The notes: generated from the sequence alone by a model not told the origin. Shown: positions 23,535 to 35,866, counted from the first letter of the stretch. The stretch: 36,056 nt of DNA from Octopus bimaculoides (GCF_001194135.2 NC_068991.1:41578514-41614569), one strand, 5' to 3'. A program made the numbers and translations.

Positions 23535-24126
23535 CTAAAAGATGTGCTTTTAATAAAAAAGAAAAAGAAATACGTATGAATTTTGACGCTCCAAATGACG
23601 CCCCACCCCCACGAAGAAAAGATACATTCAGCTCATTACTCTCGTATATGTAAGACAATGAGGTAATATGTTTACATTGTTTCTTTCCGTGTCTAACAAA
23701 ATACCCACAATATAACAAATGATCATTATGATTAAACGACCAGAGTTAGTGACTTGTAAGAAAACAAAAACAACACATTTCATATTTTACTTTGAAAAGC
23801 ATTTTAGGAAGTACAAATCTCAAAGTCGAAATAAATTTTCATTAGATCACTATTAAAGGAAGTAATTTAATTCTAATTTATTTTTATTTTATACTTCAAG
23901 ATATTTTCGTTTCGTTAAAAGAATCCTAAATGTTGCAAAATCAAATATAGCGCAAGGCAATTTTTAAATCAGTAGCATGATGTTCTCTGAATGACAATGG
24001 TACAAAACTATATCTATTTCACATTTAATGCACTACTTAAAATTACAAGATTCTTTCATTTAGTTGTAAACAGTAAATTATATTTATTGTGCTTAGTATG
24101 TCTTATAAAAATAGCGCTGAAATTAC

Positions 24127-24291
24127 CTTCACCCTGTGAGGAGCATATTTTTTGGGTACACTCCACTTTTCCTTTGGACCTGCAGCTGCACTGATTACAT
24201 TTATCTATAGAAATAAATGTCTGTCCAAATATGTATACTTTTCCATGGTAACGGCAAACTGCAGAAGTGTCGCCCTTCTCTACTGTAATTA
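24127..24291 (-). CDS. Exon C: pacifastin/VWC-like module, (V)ITVEKGDTSAVCRYHGKVYIFGQTFISIDKCNQCSCRSKGKVECTQKICSSQGE(G)
   Basis: 165 nt. Acceptor tactttcag|TA, donor GAAG|gtaatt, phase 1-1, 6 Cys. Confidence 0.88.
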
Positions 24292-25441
24292 CTGAAAGTA
24301 AAGTTTTACAGGAATTGAGTTTTAATTTCAATATGCTACACTGCCTCAAATATAAGCTTTTAGTCAGTTCATATGAAAAGCAATATCTTAAGTATAGTTG
24401 TATCCGAAATCTGGATAAAAGGTAGACATGAAACGTCAATCGTTTATCTGTTTTCTGGCCCTGAAATGCAGCTAATGGAAGAGGCAACACTAAAATGATA
24501 AATAAATTTAAATATAGAGACAACGCAAGGAAATACAGTTTATTTTGAATCTGTTCAACAAATAATATCGTAAAGCTGAAATAGCTGTGGTTCTATAACT
24601 GTAATGGTGTTAAGCTCATAAAAGCTCCACTCCTTTCATTGTGCCTCCGATGTGAATACTACTTGCAATAGATTGACATAACTACCTCTCGTCCATTTAG
24701 TACCTTGGAACTGGAGGGTCGGATCGGTTTTATGAGTTTCTGGTTACTTTAAGAGGTATTTACCTTACTTATTGATAAGATTGGAAGTTGTATGTCACAC
24801 TCTACAGGGAAAAGACATGAGCTATCAAGTTAATACATTGTTTTATGTGTATAATACTTCACAGATATCACACAAATAATTTTATACGGCACGCACTGAT
24901 GGAATTCTAAGGTCTAACTTCCAAAACATAGCGTAGTTATCATGTTAGAAACTGACTAGTTTCACGCAAGAAAGCACCGAGATAAATTGAAATTTTAAAA
25001 TTATGAAATTATAAAAGAAATCATTAAAAAACGATGCATTAAATTTATTGTTGACCTTCGTTTTTTTTTCTTTATTTAGTTTTAAAAACATTTCACTTCC
25101 GCTAATAATACCTCTATATCAAATTCTATTATTCTTCATAGTAGTATATCTGACTTGTTATAATTTTCAGCAAATAAAACAAGATCATGGTCACCTTATT
25201 AAAGAAATTTATATTAGAAATGATTCTGGAAACAAATGTAATGCAGAAAAATTTTCCAAACGAAATTAGGGAGTGTTACTAATAATATAAAATGATTTCT
25301 ATCTATATATTTTTTTATTCTATGCAGATTTGAAAATAAATGATATTCTCAGTTTAATAAGAACAATAAATTTTTTTTATAAAACGGTGATCACATTTAT
25401 AGCTCAGTGCATCCTATTTCTCAAACATTTTTTAGTATTAC

Positions 25442-25603
25442 CTTGAGTTGTTGTGGCAGGGCATATAGTTTTGGTGCATACTATGTTTCCGTTGGCCTTG
25501 CAACCGCACTGATTACAGTTATCTACTGCTGTGAACGTTTGTCCAAATATATATATTTGTCCATTGTAGCGGCATACTGAGTAAGATTTCTTCTGTCTTG
25601 ATT
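25442..25603 (-). CDS. Exon B: pacifastin/VWC-like module, (x)SRQKKSYSVCRYNGQIYIFGQTFTAVDNCNQCGCKANGNIVCTKTICPATTTQ(G)
   Basis: 162 nt. Acceptor aattctttcag|AA, donor CAAG|gtaata, phase 1-1, 6 Cys. Confidence 0.88.
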
Positions 25604-25927
25604 CTGAAAGAATTGTTTTACACGAATTCAATATGAACTGAAGATCCGCTTTCTTACTTCCTTAAAAATATTTTGTCAGCTCATCTTGCTTTAATCTATT
25701 TCTGTCTATCCTATGTACTTGTCTCTGAGATGAAGCCAAATGACAGACACGAAAGGTGAATTATTGTTTAACTTAGTTCATCAAACAAAAACTATGTCAC
25801 ATAACAAATGACAATGACTACAATCTTGTTGTTTTGCATTGAAATACGTTCATTGTAAGTGCTGAACTCAAAGTCAAGATCATCAATGTCAGCAGCAAAT
25901 AACACTAAAAGAAAAGAGCACACTTAC

Positions 25928-26101
25928 TTTGACCATTGCAATTTTTCTTTGTGCAAATGATTTCTTTAGAAAGCATACAGTAACACATGTCGCAGCCGTT
26001 GATAGACATGAATTTGACACCAATTTTATAAACAACATTATTGTAGGTGCACGACTCAGACAAGTATATCTTCTTTGTAGTGGAAATAGAACGTTTCATT
26101 G
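25928..26101 (-). CDS. Exon A: divergent module, (x)MKRSISTTKKIYLSESCTYNNVVYKIGVKFMSINGCDMCYCMLSKEIICTKKNCNGQ
   Basis: 174 nt. Acceptor tttttgtcatttattatag|CA, donor CAAA|gtaagt, phase 1-1, 6 Cys with the same spacing. The acceptor position is less certain than for the other exons. Confidence 0.78.
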
Positions 26102-26966
26102 CTATAATAAATGACAAAAACACCAACCCCCAAAAAAACAATGTAAGACAGTAACGATTATGTTAGATGATTAATTATTTTAACAGTAGATGAAACAATG
26201 TGCTTGGATATTTATCTTTTAATTAAATATCACCGTTTACTTATCTATAATTTTATAGAATTCCATATGACTTTCTACTTGATTAAATATCTGCGATATG
26301 TTATTTTTAATACGATTAGAAGTTTTGGAAATATTTAAATCATCGTTACAGTTGAAAAATACCCTAATATTTACATCGACGCTGCGTTTCGACTTGTTTG
26401 ATCGTAATAGCTATTAGGTGTCTCATTTCTGAATGTTAAATATTAGCGGGCTGGATCTGGCTCCTGTATTTCTAAATCAAGTGAACTAACGCCATTATCC
26501 ACGTAGTCACTGATGCATAATAATTTTTCATTTAAATATATTTTAAGTAAATGACTCCACGTTGATATTATTTTAGTGTTGGCTTCACTGCTTGTGTTTC
26601 AACGAGTTAATTACATTTTTGATTTCGCTAAGTAGTTGTCTATAAATTATGGATATATACTCTATAACGAATATGATTTCCTTTATAATACCATATAGGT
26701 TCAGTCATTCTCGACTTAGATCTCTCTGTTCTTTGAAATACTTCGATATTTTTTTCTGAAACTTTAGTGTTTCTCATTATTTTAATGAGATTTTCTGTAA
26801 ATGCAAGGGAGTTATCAGTTCGTTTATGTTTGAGTTATTCCTGATTAGGCTTAATTACAATAAATTTGTAACACTCTTCCATTATTTCAGAATAGTTTAA
26901 AATTATGTCATGTGAGGAACGAGGATGGTTTGTAGCTAGATTCATCATAAAATTTATGACTGACAT

Positions 26967-27599
<633 letters not shown>

Positions 27600-27600
<1 letters not shown>

Positions 27601-28690
27601 ACAAACTCTCGTGATAACAGAGTAAATGAGCCTGAATTTTTAAGGGAAGGCCTCTTGCTTGACAGTGGTTCGAGAAAGAAATGGATAAGCGAAGAGAACA
27701 AGGTGGTGATGCAGTACTACTTGGAAAGTGAACCCAAAGTAAGGGCTTACAGAAAGTGTATGTTAGCACTTTGGGTAAAAAAAGGTTTGTTTGAATTAAC
27801 AGAGTCAAGACGTCTATCCCCAATTCTGGATGACAGAACTGGGGGTAGAAGAAATCACAAGAGAACTAAAAGCAAAAGGGAGATCAAGAAATAGAACAGA
27901 CAACCAACATAAGTGATACAGTTCAAGCCAAAGGAGAAACTAGAAGAAAAAATAATAGCACCACCGATCAAGAAGGGAAAATTGCCACCAGCGACTTAAG
28001 TGAGGTAGGTTAGAAGATTTTAGATGAGTTGAAAGAAGCAGTGGGTAAAGAAGAAAGAAAAATATTACTAGTATTAAAAGGTGTTAATAGAAGCAAGTTG
28101 CTAGATATTGATAGGAACGTAGATTCTGTTATCAATATGATAGATACTAAAAATATAGGTGACACTAACTTTACTGATTTTTGCATGAGGGGGAGTAGTT
28201 ACTGGCAGAATAGGTATTCCTCAAGAAAAGATTATGAAGGAACAGATGTTGAAATGGAAATTAGAAAATAAAGTGAAGACTCTATGACAAAATCTGAGTA
28301 GAATATAAGCCTGGTAACAAGGTAAGTTCTGAAACAAGATTTAAATCTTGTCTTGTGAAAAACTACTTAGTCAAAGAGAAAGGATTTGGGATAGTCATGG
28401 AAGAGTTGAAACAGCGTATCATAGCAATAGCAGGTAAGCTTTCCAGATAACAGAAAAGAATAGATCAGTTAGTCATAATGAAGATGCAGTATGGTTAAAG
28501 AAAGTAGTTAGTGAGAAACAGCTAGATCTAAAAGTATCTAGTGCATTAATGAGTAAAGTGTTAGGAAGAATGCCGAACTGGAATAGCTCAGGACCAGATT
28601 TAGTTCAAGGGCACTAGTTAAAGAAATTTAGTAGCTTACATGGGAAACTGAGGGAACAACTTCAGGATGGCATGGATTTACCGTTGAATT
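27600..28690 (+). mobile_element. R4/Dong-type LINE, N-terminal (pre-RT) portion
   Basis: Contains WISEENKVVMQYYLESEPKVRAYRKCMLALW and NWNSSGPDLVQGH*LKKFSSLH, the KAPGPD-type motif that precedes the RT. Confidence 0.75.
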
Positions 28691-28709
28691 GCATGGTTTT
28701 ACTTCTCTA

Positions 28710-30780
28710 GGTACCGAGCTGCAGGCCCACCTACTTATGTTACTTTTTGCTCCTGTTACCGCCTTGTATTCTCGTAGTGTCGATCACTTCGATGTGCTTG
28801 GTTTCTGTTTCTATGACAGTGACGTTGTACGTATGCGCAAACCTGGATCTTCCTTTTCTTAGTTCTCGCAGGATACCCCTCGAAACCTTCAGCTTCCGCA
28901 GTAGTGACTCTAGGGTCAATACGTACAGAAGGGAAGAGAGGACGTTCTTGACGGATCGATCGCATGATGCTGAACGTTTCTGATAAGTAAACATTTACCC
29001 TGATCACTAGGTAATGTCACTGTACATTGTCGTGATCTGACTTCCGAAAATAGGCCTGAAACCAGCTGCCTTCAGAATAGCCGCAAAATATTGATGGTCG
29101 ACCCCATCGAAATCTTTCGAGTAATCTAAATTTATCAGGGTTCCTCTCATATCAGGTTCTTTACCCACACTTTCTATGATGTATCAGTTGAGGTGAAGGT
29201 TATCGCGGATAGATCTGCTTGGTATGGCACATGTCTGTACCTCACCTACTAGAGTATCAATGACAAGCGTCAACCTCTTAGTTAACACCTTGACCAAAAT
29301 CTTGCATTTAGCAGAGTTAGGGCTTGAAGTTGTTAAAACCATTTCCCCTTATTCAGGTCTTTCTCTGCCCCACCACCACATCTCTTTTCTCAGGATTGGG
29401 AGTTCTCTCGTTCTTCTGTCAGTTGCAGTTGCCAAGAGAACCCCACGGATATGAAGATAAATCTCGTAAAGCAGACTACCAAGCCATTTCTTCCCTTATT
29501 TCATCAATTGTATTTGGCCTCAGTCGAGAACGGTGACAGGCTGCTGAGGTAGGCGGTAAATTCCACCCCGCTCTCCAGTCTACCGTCTGCCTCAAACACT
29601 TGAGCGAAGTGACATTGGAAAACCACACACATCTGCCTGGAATGGAATAGCACGTACCCTCACAATCTGTCAAAGACCAAATTGTGACTTTGTTGCAACG
29701 TTGTGCCTCTGCCACTCGGACCCATCGAACAGCTTTTATTCCTCATGAAACAGAGCACGTATCATAACTTTGGTAAGGCAGCCTTCGTGCTTAGCGTTGA
29801 AGAATCTGTCAAGAGCCCATCCTGCCACCAGCACTTTGCCTTTTCTAAGCGTTTCTTCTAAGTTACTAACTAGCTATTTCCTTACTCAAAATCCCCTATC
29901 CCTATTTCCTTATTAAACCAAATCGATTCTGATCTAATAGTCATTTTTAGGGCTAACCACAATCGGTTATTGACGATTACTCCTGCCAAGTCCCTCTTAA
30001 CTAGTTTTCTAATCCGGTCTCTGAGTTCAGCTTCCAGTTGCCGAGCCTCTGTCTATAAAACTATCTAGGTCCCTGATTTGTTGTGCGTGTGACCGACAAC
30101 TTCGACTTGTAGATAATCTATGCTTACCGTTTCTATTGGCTATAGAAAACTATTTGGATACGATATAAATGATCCGATGCTCTTTCTTCCTGTCCATATG
30201 GAGAGATTCAATAATCTAGTCGGTACCTATCAAACAATTGGAAACGATTGAGTACAGTTGCTAGGCTTTTATACCCACCTCTTCTGTCAGATCCACGTAA
30301 CCCAGATGTGCATTCAAGATATCATTCCAATTTCTCGCTGGCTTTAAAGGACGGGATGATCTCAGGAAAGCCGTCAAAGGTCTGAAAAAATCCAGTCGCC
30401 TCTCTCAGTCAGGCAATCACTTTGACTAGTTTGAAGGCACCACCTTCATTATTGTTCACGACTAGGACCAAAACTTATCGTCCAGGTCCAAAAACATCGA
30501 CCATATTTCAAGGCCTAGGCCTTTCTGAAACAACACAGCCGCTCCGTCCCGCCCCATTCCGGGCTGAGTAAGAAATGCGAAGATTTCAAAATCGCAGAAA
30601 GTAGGTATTATGGCGCGTGTGTCAGAAATCCTGGACTTGCTGTTGATTATGACATCCGAACCTAGCGACCTGAGGTCATCGAGTAAATGACACTACCTCC
30701 AGGATGATCCCAGACCACGGGCATTTATACACCTCACTCTCAGAGTTGCCGTGTTTGTAGATAGAGAAAACGGAGGAAAG
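28710..30780 (-). mobile_element. L1/Tx1-like LINE ORF2 remnant (APE endonuclease to RT domain 5), degenerate
   Basis: INARGL...LLDDLRSLGSDVII near 30650-30727 (APE start). FSIMRSIRQ.../SSLLYVLTLESLLRKL near 28880-28980 (QGCPLSP region). Confidence 0.72.
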
Positions 30781-31371
30781 GAAACAGGTGACTCGGTGTC
30801 CATGGAATTTTGAGTTTATATGTTTCTAAGTTCACTCTTAATAATTTCAAAATAACGTGAGTAGAGGGTTACTTCCCCTGTTGCTGTTTTGCGAGCATCC
30901 TTGTTGTTTAGGATAAGTTAGAGGTACTGAGTACCAGCATACCAGCAAACGATTGCTTGCCTGTGAAGTCACCCGACGACACACTTCTTTGCCGTTGTTA
31001 TTTTTGTTGTTGTTGCTGTTACTGTTGCTTTTGTTGCTGTTGTTGTTGTTGATGTTGCTATTGCGTTGTTGTCGCTGTTGCATGTATTATTGTTGTTGTT
31101 GGTTTTCTCGTGCAAGTTTGTAGTAGCACGAGAATTTCTCGCTAACTTTTCGTTAAATCTGTTGGTGGATGTTGTCGTCACTTCATCTCCAAACAGGCGA
31201 AAAGAAAACAGATGAAAGTAAATAAATATTACAAATATTGTGCCCTTTACTCCACAATTAGATAGTATCTCGTAAAGTAGGGGCCTCTATCTAAAGTTTC
31301 AACCAAAACTTTCTACAGTAAACAAATAATTTCATCAACGTGAGGCACAGCCAAACCAAAGGTTAATAATA

Positions 31372-31797
31372 ATTCTTTCTCATTTTGGCACAAGGCCAAC
31401 TATTTTAGTTGCGGGGTTAAGTCAATTACATCGACCTCAGTGTTCAACTGGTACTTAATTCATCTAGCCCGAAAGGATGGAAGTCGACTATGGTGGAATT
31501 CGATGTTAGAACGTAAAGACGCAAGAAATGCCGCCAAGCATTTTAACAGACGTGCTAACGATTCTGTTAGCACTCCACCTTAATAATTTGTTCCAAAGTT
31601 TGGCACAAGGCTAGCAGTTTTATGGGTAGGGGTAAATCAATTACATCGAGCCCAAATGTTCAAGTAGTACTTATTTTATCGACCCCGATGAAAGACAAAG
31701 CCGACCTCTGCGGCTTTGAACTCAGAACGTGAAGACGGAAGAAATGCCGCAGAGCATTTGGTCCAGTGTGTTAACGATTCTGCCGGCTCGCCGCCTT
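31372..31797 (-). mobile_element. Two tandem tRNA-headed SINEs (family 1)
   Basis: Copies at ~31372-31580 and ~31588-31797. Head ggcggcgagccggcagaatcgttaac...gagttcaaagcc. Separated and flanked by AAT triplets. Confidence 0.82.
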
Positions 31798-31901
31798 AAT
31801 AATAACAATAATAATGATAATGACGATGAGGATATTGATTTCTTTGTTATTGCATTAGGAGAGGTTGTTGTGCGACTTTCCTATACAAAGTGAAAGAAGT
31901 A

Positions 31902-33145
31902 AACGAGGTTCGTTCAAAAAGTATGCGACCTTTGGGCATAAAAAAACCCCAACAATTTTGTACATTTTACAAATTTTATTTAAACACCTTCAAAGTACTC
32001 CCATTGAGAGTTCACACATTTCTTCCAGCGGAACGCCTTCTATGGAATGATACGGAACTTCACCGTCGTTTTCTCATAATTTCATCTCACGACTCAAATC
32101 GTTTTATTTACAGTGTGGGTTTCAGCTTGGGGAAGAGCCAGAGGTCATGCGGTGCCAAGTCGGGAAAGCCTGTTGAAAGCCTGTTGAACAAGTGATGTGT
32201 TGTTCTTGACGAGGAAAGCTTGGATTATGTGAGCGGAATGAGCAAGCGCATCGTGATGGTGAAGTTGTCAATTCTTTGCCGCCCACAAGTCCTGTCGCTT
32301 TCCAGGCACAACATCGCGAAGGCGACGTATAAGCCTCCAGGTAGTATTCCTTATTGATTGGTTGGCCTTGTGGTGCGTATTCATGATGTACAATACCACG
32401 GGTGTCATAGAAACAAGTTAACATTACCTGCACATTGCTGCGAACCTGTCGTGCTTTTTTGAGCCTTTGTGATAATGGATGCTTCCATTGGGAGGACTGG
32501 GACTTGGTTTCCGGGTTGTAACTATAAACCTATGTTTCATCATCAGCGATGGTGGTCTTCATAAGTCTGCGTTGCTTCTGTGGCTCCACCAGCACCTTGC
32601 ACACGAACTTCGCTGTCACTCTCTGCATACATAAATCCTCCGTTAAAATGGAATGCACTGAGCCTGTGCTTATTCCCACTTCACGAGCAATTTCCTGGAT
32701 TATTACTCGACGATCTTCCATGTCTATTCGCCGAATCTTCTCAATTGGCTTCTCGTTTTGGTTTGTGGATAGCCTGCCTGAGCTTGCCTCGCTCTCCACT
32801 GAGGAGCGGCCGTAGTTGAAGCGGTTGTACCACTTCTTGATCTGAGTTTTTCCTATAGTATCATCACCAAAATCCTGCTGAATTTTGCGGGTGGTTTGAG
32901 CTTGAGTATCAAGCTTTTAGCAAAACTTGATGCAATATCTCTGCTCTATGCATTCGGTCATGTTGCGTGAAAACGAAAATCCAACGTTGGCATAACAACA
33001 GGGAACTGATGCGGTCTACTGGAGCAAAACTTTTCTCGCATGCGAAGCAAGGGTGGAATCATCTCCCACCCAAAGGAATCTGCCTACGCGGTATTAGCTT
33101 TGAAGGGAAAAACTAAAGTCAGATACTTTTCGAACACATTTCGTA
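31902..33145 (-). mobile_element. Mariner element, near full-length, inactivated
   Basis: TIRs aacgaggttcgttcaaaaagtatgcgac and gtcagatacttttcgaacacatttcgta. Broken ORFs include RRVIIQEIAREVGISTGSVHSILTEDLCMQRVTAKFV, TIADDET and VMLTCFYDTRGIVHHEYAPQGQPINKEYY. Confidence 0.88.
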
Positions 33146-33194
33146 TATCCTGTCGTTGACAAAAACAAATTATACGTATTATAATTGACTTTTT

Positions 33195-34225
33195 TCTTGT
33201 TGTCTGGAAAAAGAAAAGAGCCAGTTGTTGGTTGCTGATGATACAGCACTGGTGGCGGATTCGGAAGAGCAACTGAGGAGACTGGTGATAGAGTTTGGAA
33301 GAGTGTGTGAGAGGAGGAATCTGAAAGTAAATGTAGCTCAGAGGAAGGTAATGAGATGTTCAAGAGATGGAATGGCTGGTAGGACGGATGTGAATATAAA
33401 TGGTGAGATGTTAGAGGAGGTGAGTGTTTGTAAGTAACTGGGATCACATGTGACGATGGACGGGGAGTTGGCTGAGGAAGTGGGATACAGAGTGAGGGAG
33501 GGGAGTAAGATACTTGGAGTTGTGAAAGGTATGCTGAGAAATAAAAGGGTAAGTATGAAAGCGAAAAGAGTTGTGTTGTGTATGAGGGCGTCTTCGTGCC
33601 GACAATGTTATATGGTGCAGAGACGTGGGGGCTGGAAAAGCGGAAAGGAGGCGACTAGATGTGTTTGAGATGAGATGTCTGAGGGTTATGGTTGGTGTGA
33701 CACGGATGAACAGGATGAGGAATGAGGAGGTGCGAAGGCAAACAAGAATGAGAGAAAAACTAACAACCAAAATGGATAGACGAATGTTGAGATGGTTTGG
33801 CCACATGGAGAGGATGGATGAGGAGTGGATGGTAAGGAGGATGATGAAGGCAGAAGTGGTAGGCAACAGAACCAGAGGCAGACCTCGGTTTGTGTGGACG
33901 GATGGAGTGAGGAAAGCTTTGGTGGTTAGAAGTGTTGGAGTGAGAGAGGCAAGAGAGTTTATAAATGATAGGAAAGCATGGAGAGTGTTTGTGGGGGGGG
34001 GGGTGAATTTGATGTTGCTCAAAGTGGTACGGAATCAAAATGATGCAGCGGGGTAAACCGACATATGCTGTCGGGCCCCGCTGCTGATATTGGGGGTTGC
34101 GTTCTATGCCTTGACCAGAGCATAGAACGGTGCTCTCCTCTTTCAGCTGGGAAATGAATGGAATGCCTGGTGTGTCTTGTTGTGACTATCCCCTCCTAAA
34201 TAAATGGGGAATAGGCCCGGGTATA
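33195..34225 (+). mobile_element. RTE-clade LINE 3' fragment
   Basis: Contains LLVADDTALVADSEEQLRRLVIEFGRVC, FEMRCLR...RMRNEEVRR, LRWFGHMERM and RGRPRFVWTDGV. Confidence 0.88.
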
Positions 34226-34229
34226 TATA

Positions 34230-35830
34230 AAAAATAATTGACGTGACATTTCCATTTGAAATATGAGATAAAAAAAGAGAAAGAGAAATGAAAATTTATA
34301 AAAATCATCAACATTTGGAACGGAGAATTTAACATGCACATGATACTGCTGCTTATTATGGGGTATTGGGAACTGACAGAAAAATCTGAGAACAAATTTT
34401 GAAAAACTTGATCTTAAACTGGGAGTAGTTGTTGTACATGTTTACTAGGTTCGGCAGGAATTATCCGCGAAGTCCTCAGTATGAACAGATATAAAGAGAA
34501 GGAAAAAGGAAGGCATGTACTTAGTAGTGGGGTTTGAGTTACCGGATGGATATTTAATTAGTGACCCTGAGGATAGTGGATACAAATAGCTTGGCATTTA
34601 GGAGCTGAATAAAGTTCTATATGAGGAAGGAAATGTAGACGACGTCTATTTAAACAGGTTACAGCTGCAACTGAAAGCAAAATTGAATGGGAAGAACTTA
34701 ATTATTGCTACCAAAATTTTGGCTGTGCAAGTTATTAGATAAAGTGCAGCTATTTTGAATTGAACCAATGAAGAGATAAAAAAAGTTGGATAGGTTAATG
34801 TGAAAGAAAATTGTTGACAAAGATACATTGCACCCAAAAGCAAATGTTATAAGGCTATTTACATCGCGGAACGTATGAGGACGTGGACTTATAAGAGTGA
34901 AAGATTGTTTGGCTAGGGAAAGCATGTCTTTAGATTTGTATTTGGCCAGCAGTAGAGAACAACGTTTAAGATATGTTACCAAAAGCAGAGGCTTATGCAT
35001 TGAGATTACTGAAGGTAAAACGAAAATTACAAACAAAGGCTGCTAGCTGAGAATCTGAGTACGAGGGAGGGTACGGTCGATTCGGAAAACAAATGAAGGA
35101 TGTAAAAGCAGAATCTTCGTGGAATTGGTTGCCAACAAGTGATCTTGAAATGGACAGAAAGTTTGTTGGTGGTTCCTCAGGACCAAGCGTTAAACACAAA
35201 CTCGATAAGGAATATATATTTAACCCAGATGAAATAAATAAATGTAGGTTACGTGGGAAGAAGGTGGAAAGTATGACACACATTGTGAGTGCCTGTGACA
35301 TGCTTACACAGAGGGAATGTAAAAGTGTATTTGCACCTCCAATGGTCTTTATGCAAGGAATACGGCTTTCTAATCACCGAGAAATAATAACTGCACAAAT
35401 CAGAGAAAGTTCTAGAAAATAAGACAGGAAAACTCTTGTAAGACTTTGCAATCCGTACTGCTGGGGTTCTTGAACATACTAGGTTAGACATAACTTTGGT
35501 GGCGAAAAGTACTGTAAGTAGGTGTTTGTTGATCGGTGTAGCTTGCCCAGGAGCCAATTACATCAATGGTAAATAAAACGAGAAAATCGTACAGTATACA
35601 TATTTAAGAATTAAATGTCCAAAGAATGTGGAATATGAAAGCGAGAATGTTACCAGTTGTGATTGGAGTACATAGACTTGTGACGAAAAACCTTCAGGAA
35701 AGCCTTGACACAATTGGAGCCTGTTCCAGCCTTACGACATTGCAAAAGACAGTATTTCAGGGAACAGTCAATATCCTGCACAAAATAATGACTGAGTTTA
35801 CATAATGTAATAAGGAATCATTCAAACGAT
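34230..35830 (+). mobile_element. R4/Dong-type RLE LINE fragments (post-RT to RLE), degenerate
   Basis: Contains FELPDG...GYK*LGI, RLFTSR...GRGLI.VKDC, KVESMTHIVSAC and L*DFAIRT..LEHTRLDI. Confidence 0.8.
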
Positions 35831-35866
35831 TCCAGTATCAATAAGAGCACCACTGTGCAAATGAAG

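Noticed and set aside
24769-24801. 33-nt phase 1-1 micro-exon candidate (E)CDIQLPILSI with ccctgtag and gtaagg sites
   Set aside because: No homology to the modules and no counterpart in other introns. It is easily produced by chance.
1879-26101. Calling the gene a chordin/kielin/crossveinless-type VWC protein
   Set aside because: Modules have 6 rather than 10 Cys and no other domains are visible, so no gene symbol is assigned.
1879-26101. Dscam-style mutually exclusive exon cluster
   Set aside because: All exons join in frame in series, and no docking/selector elements or flanking constant exons were identified. This cannot be supported without transcripts.
26102-26141. MFFWGLVFLSFIIA looks like a signal peptide in ORF 25905..26141
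   Set aside because: It starts at TTG and has no in-frame ATG before the upstream stop. The hydrophobic residues are the translated polypyrimidine tract of exon A's acceptor.
30847-31181. Asn/Gln/Thr-rich ORFs on the minus strand
   Set aside because: Derived from a degenerate (AAC)n tract, with no convincing splice sites or homology.
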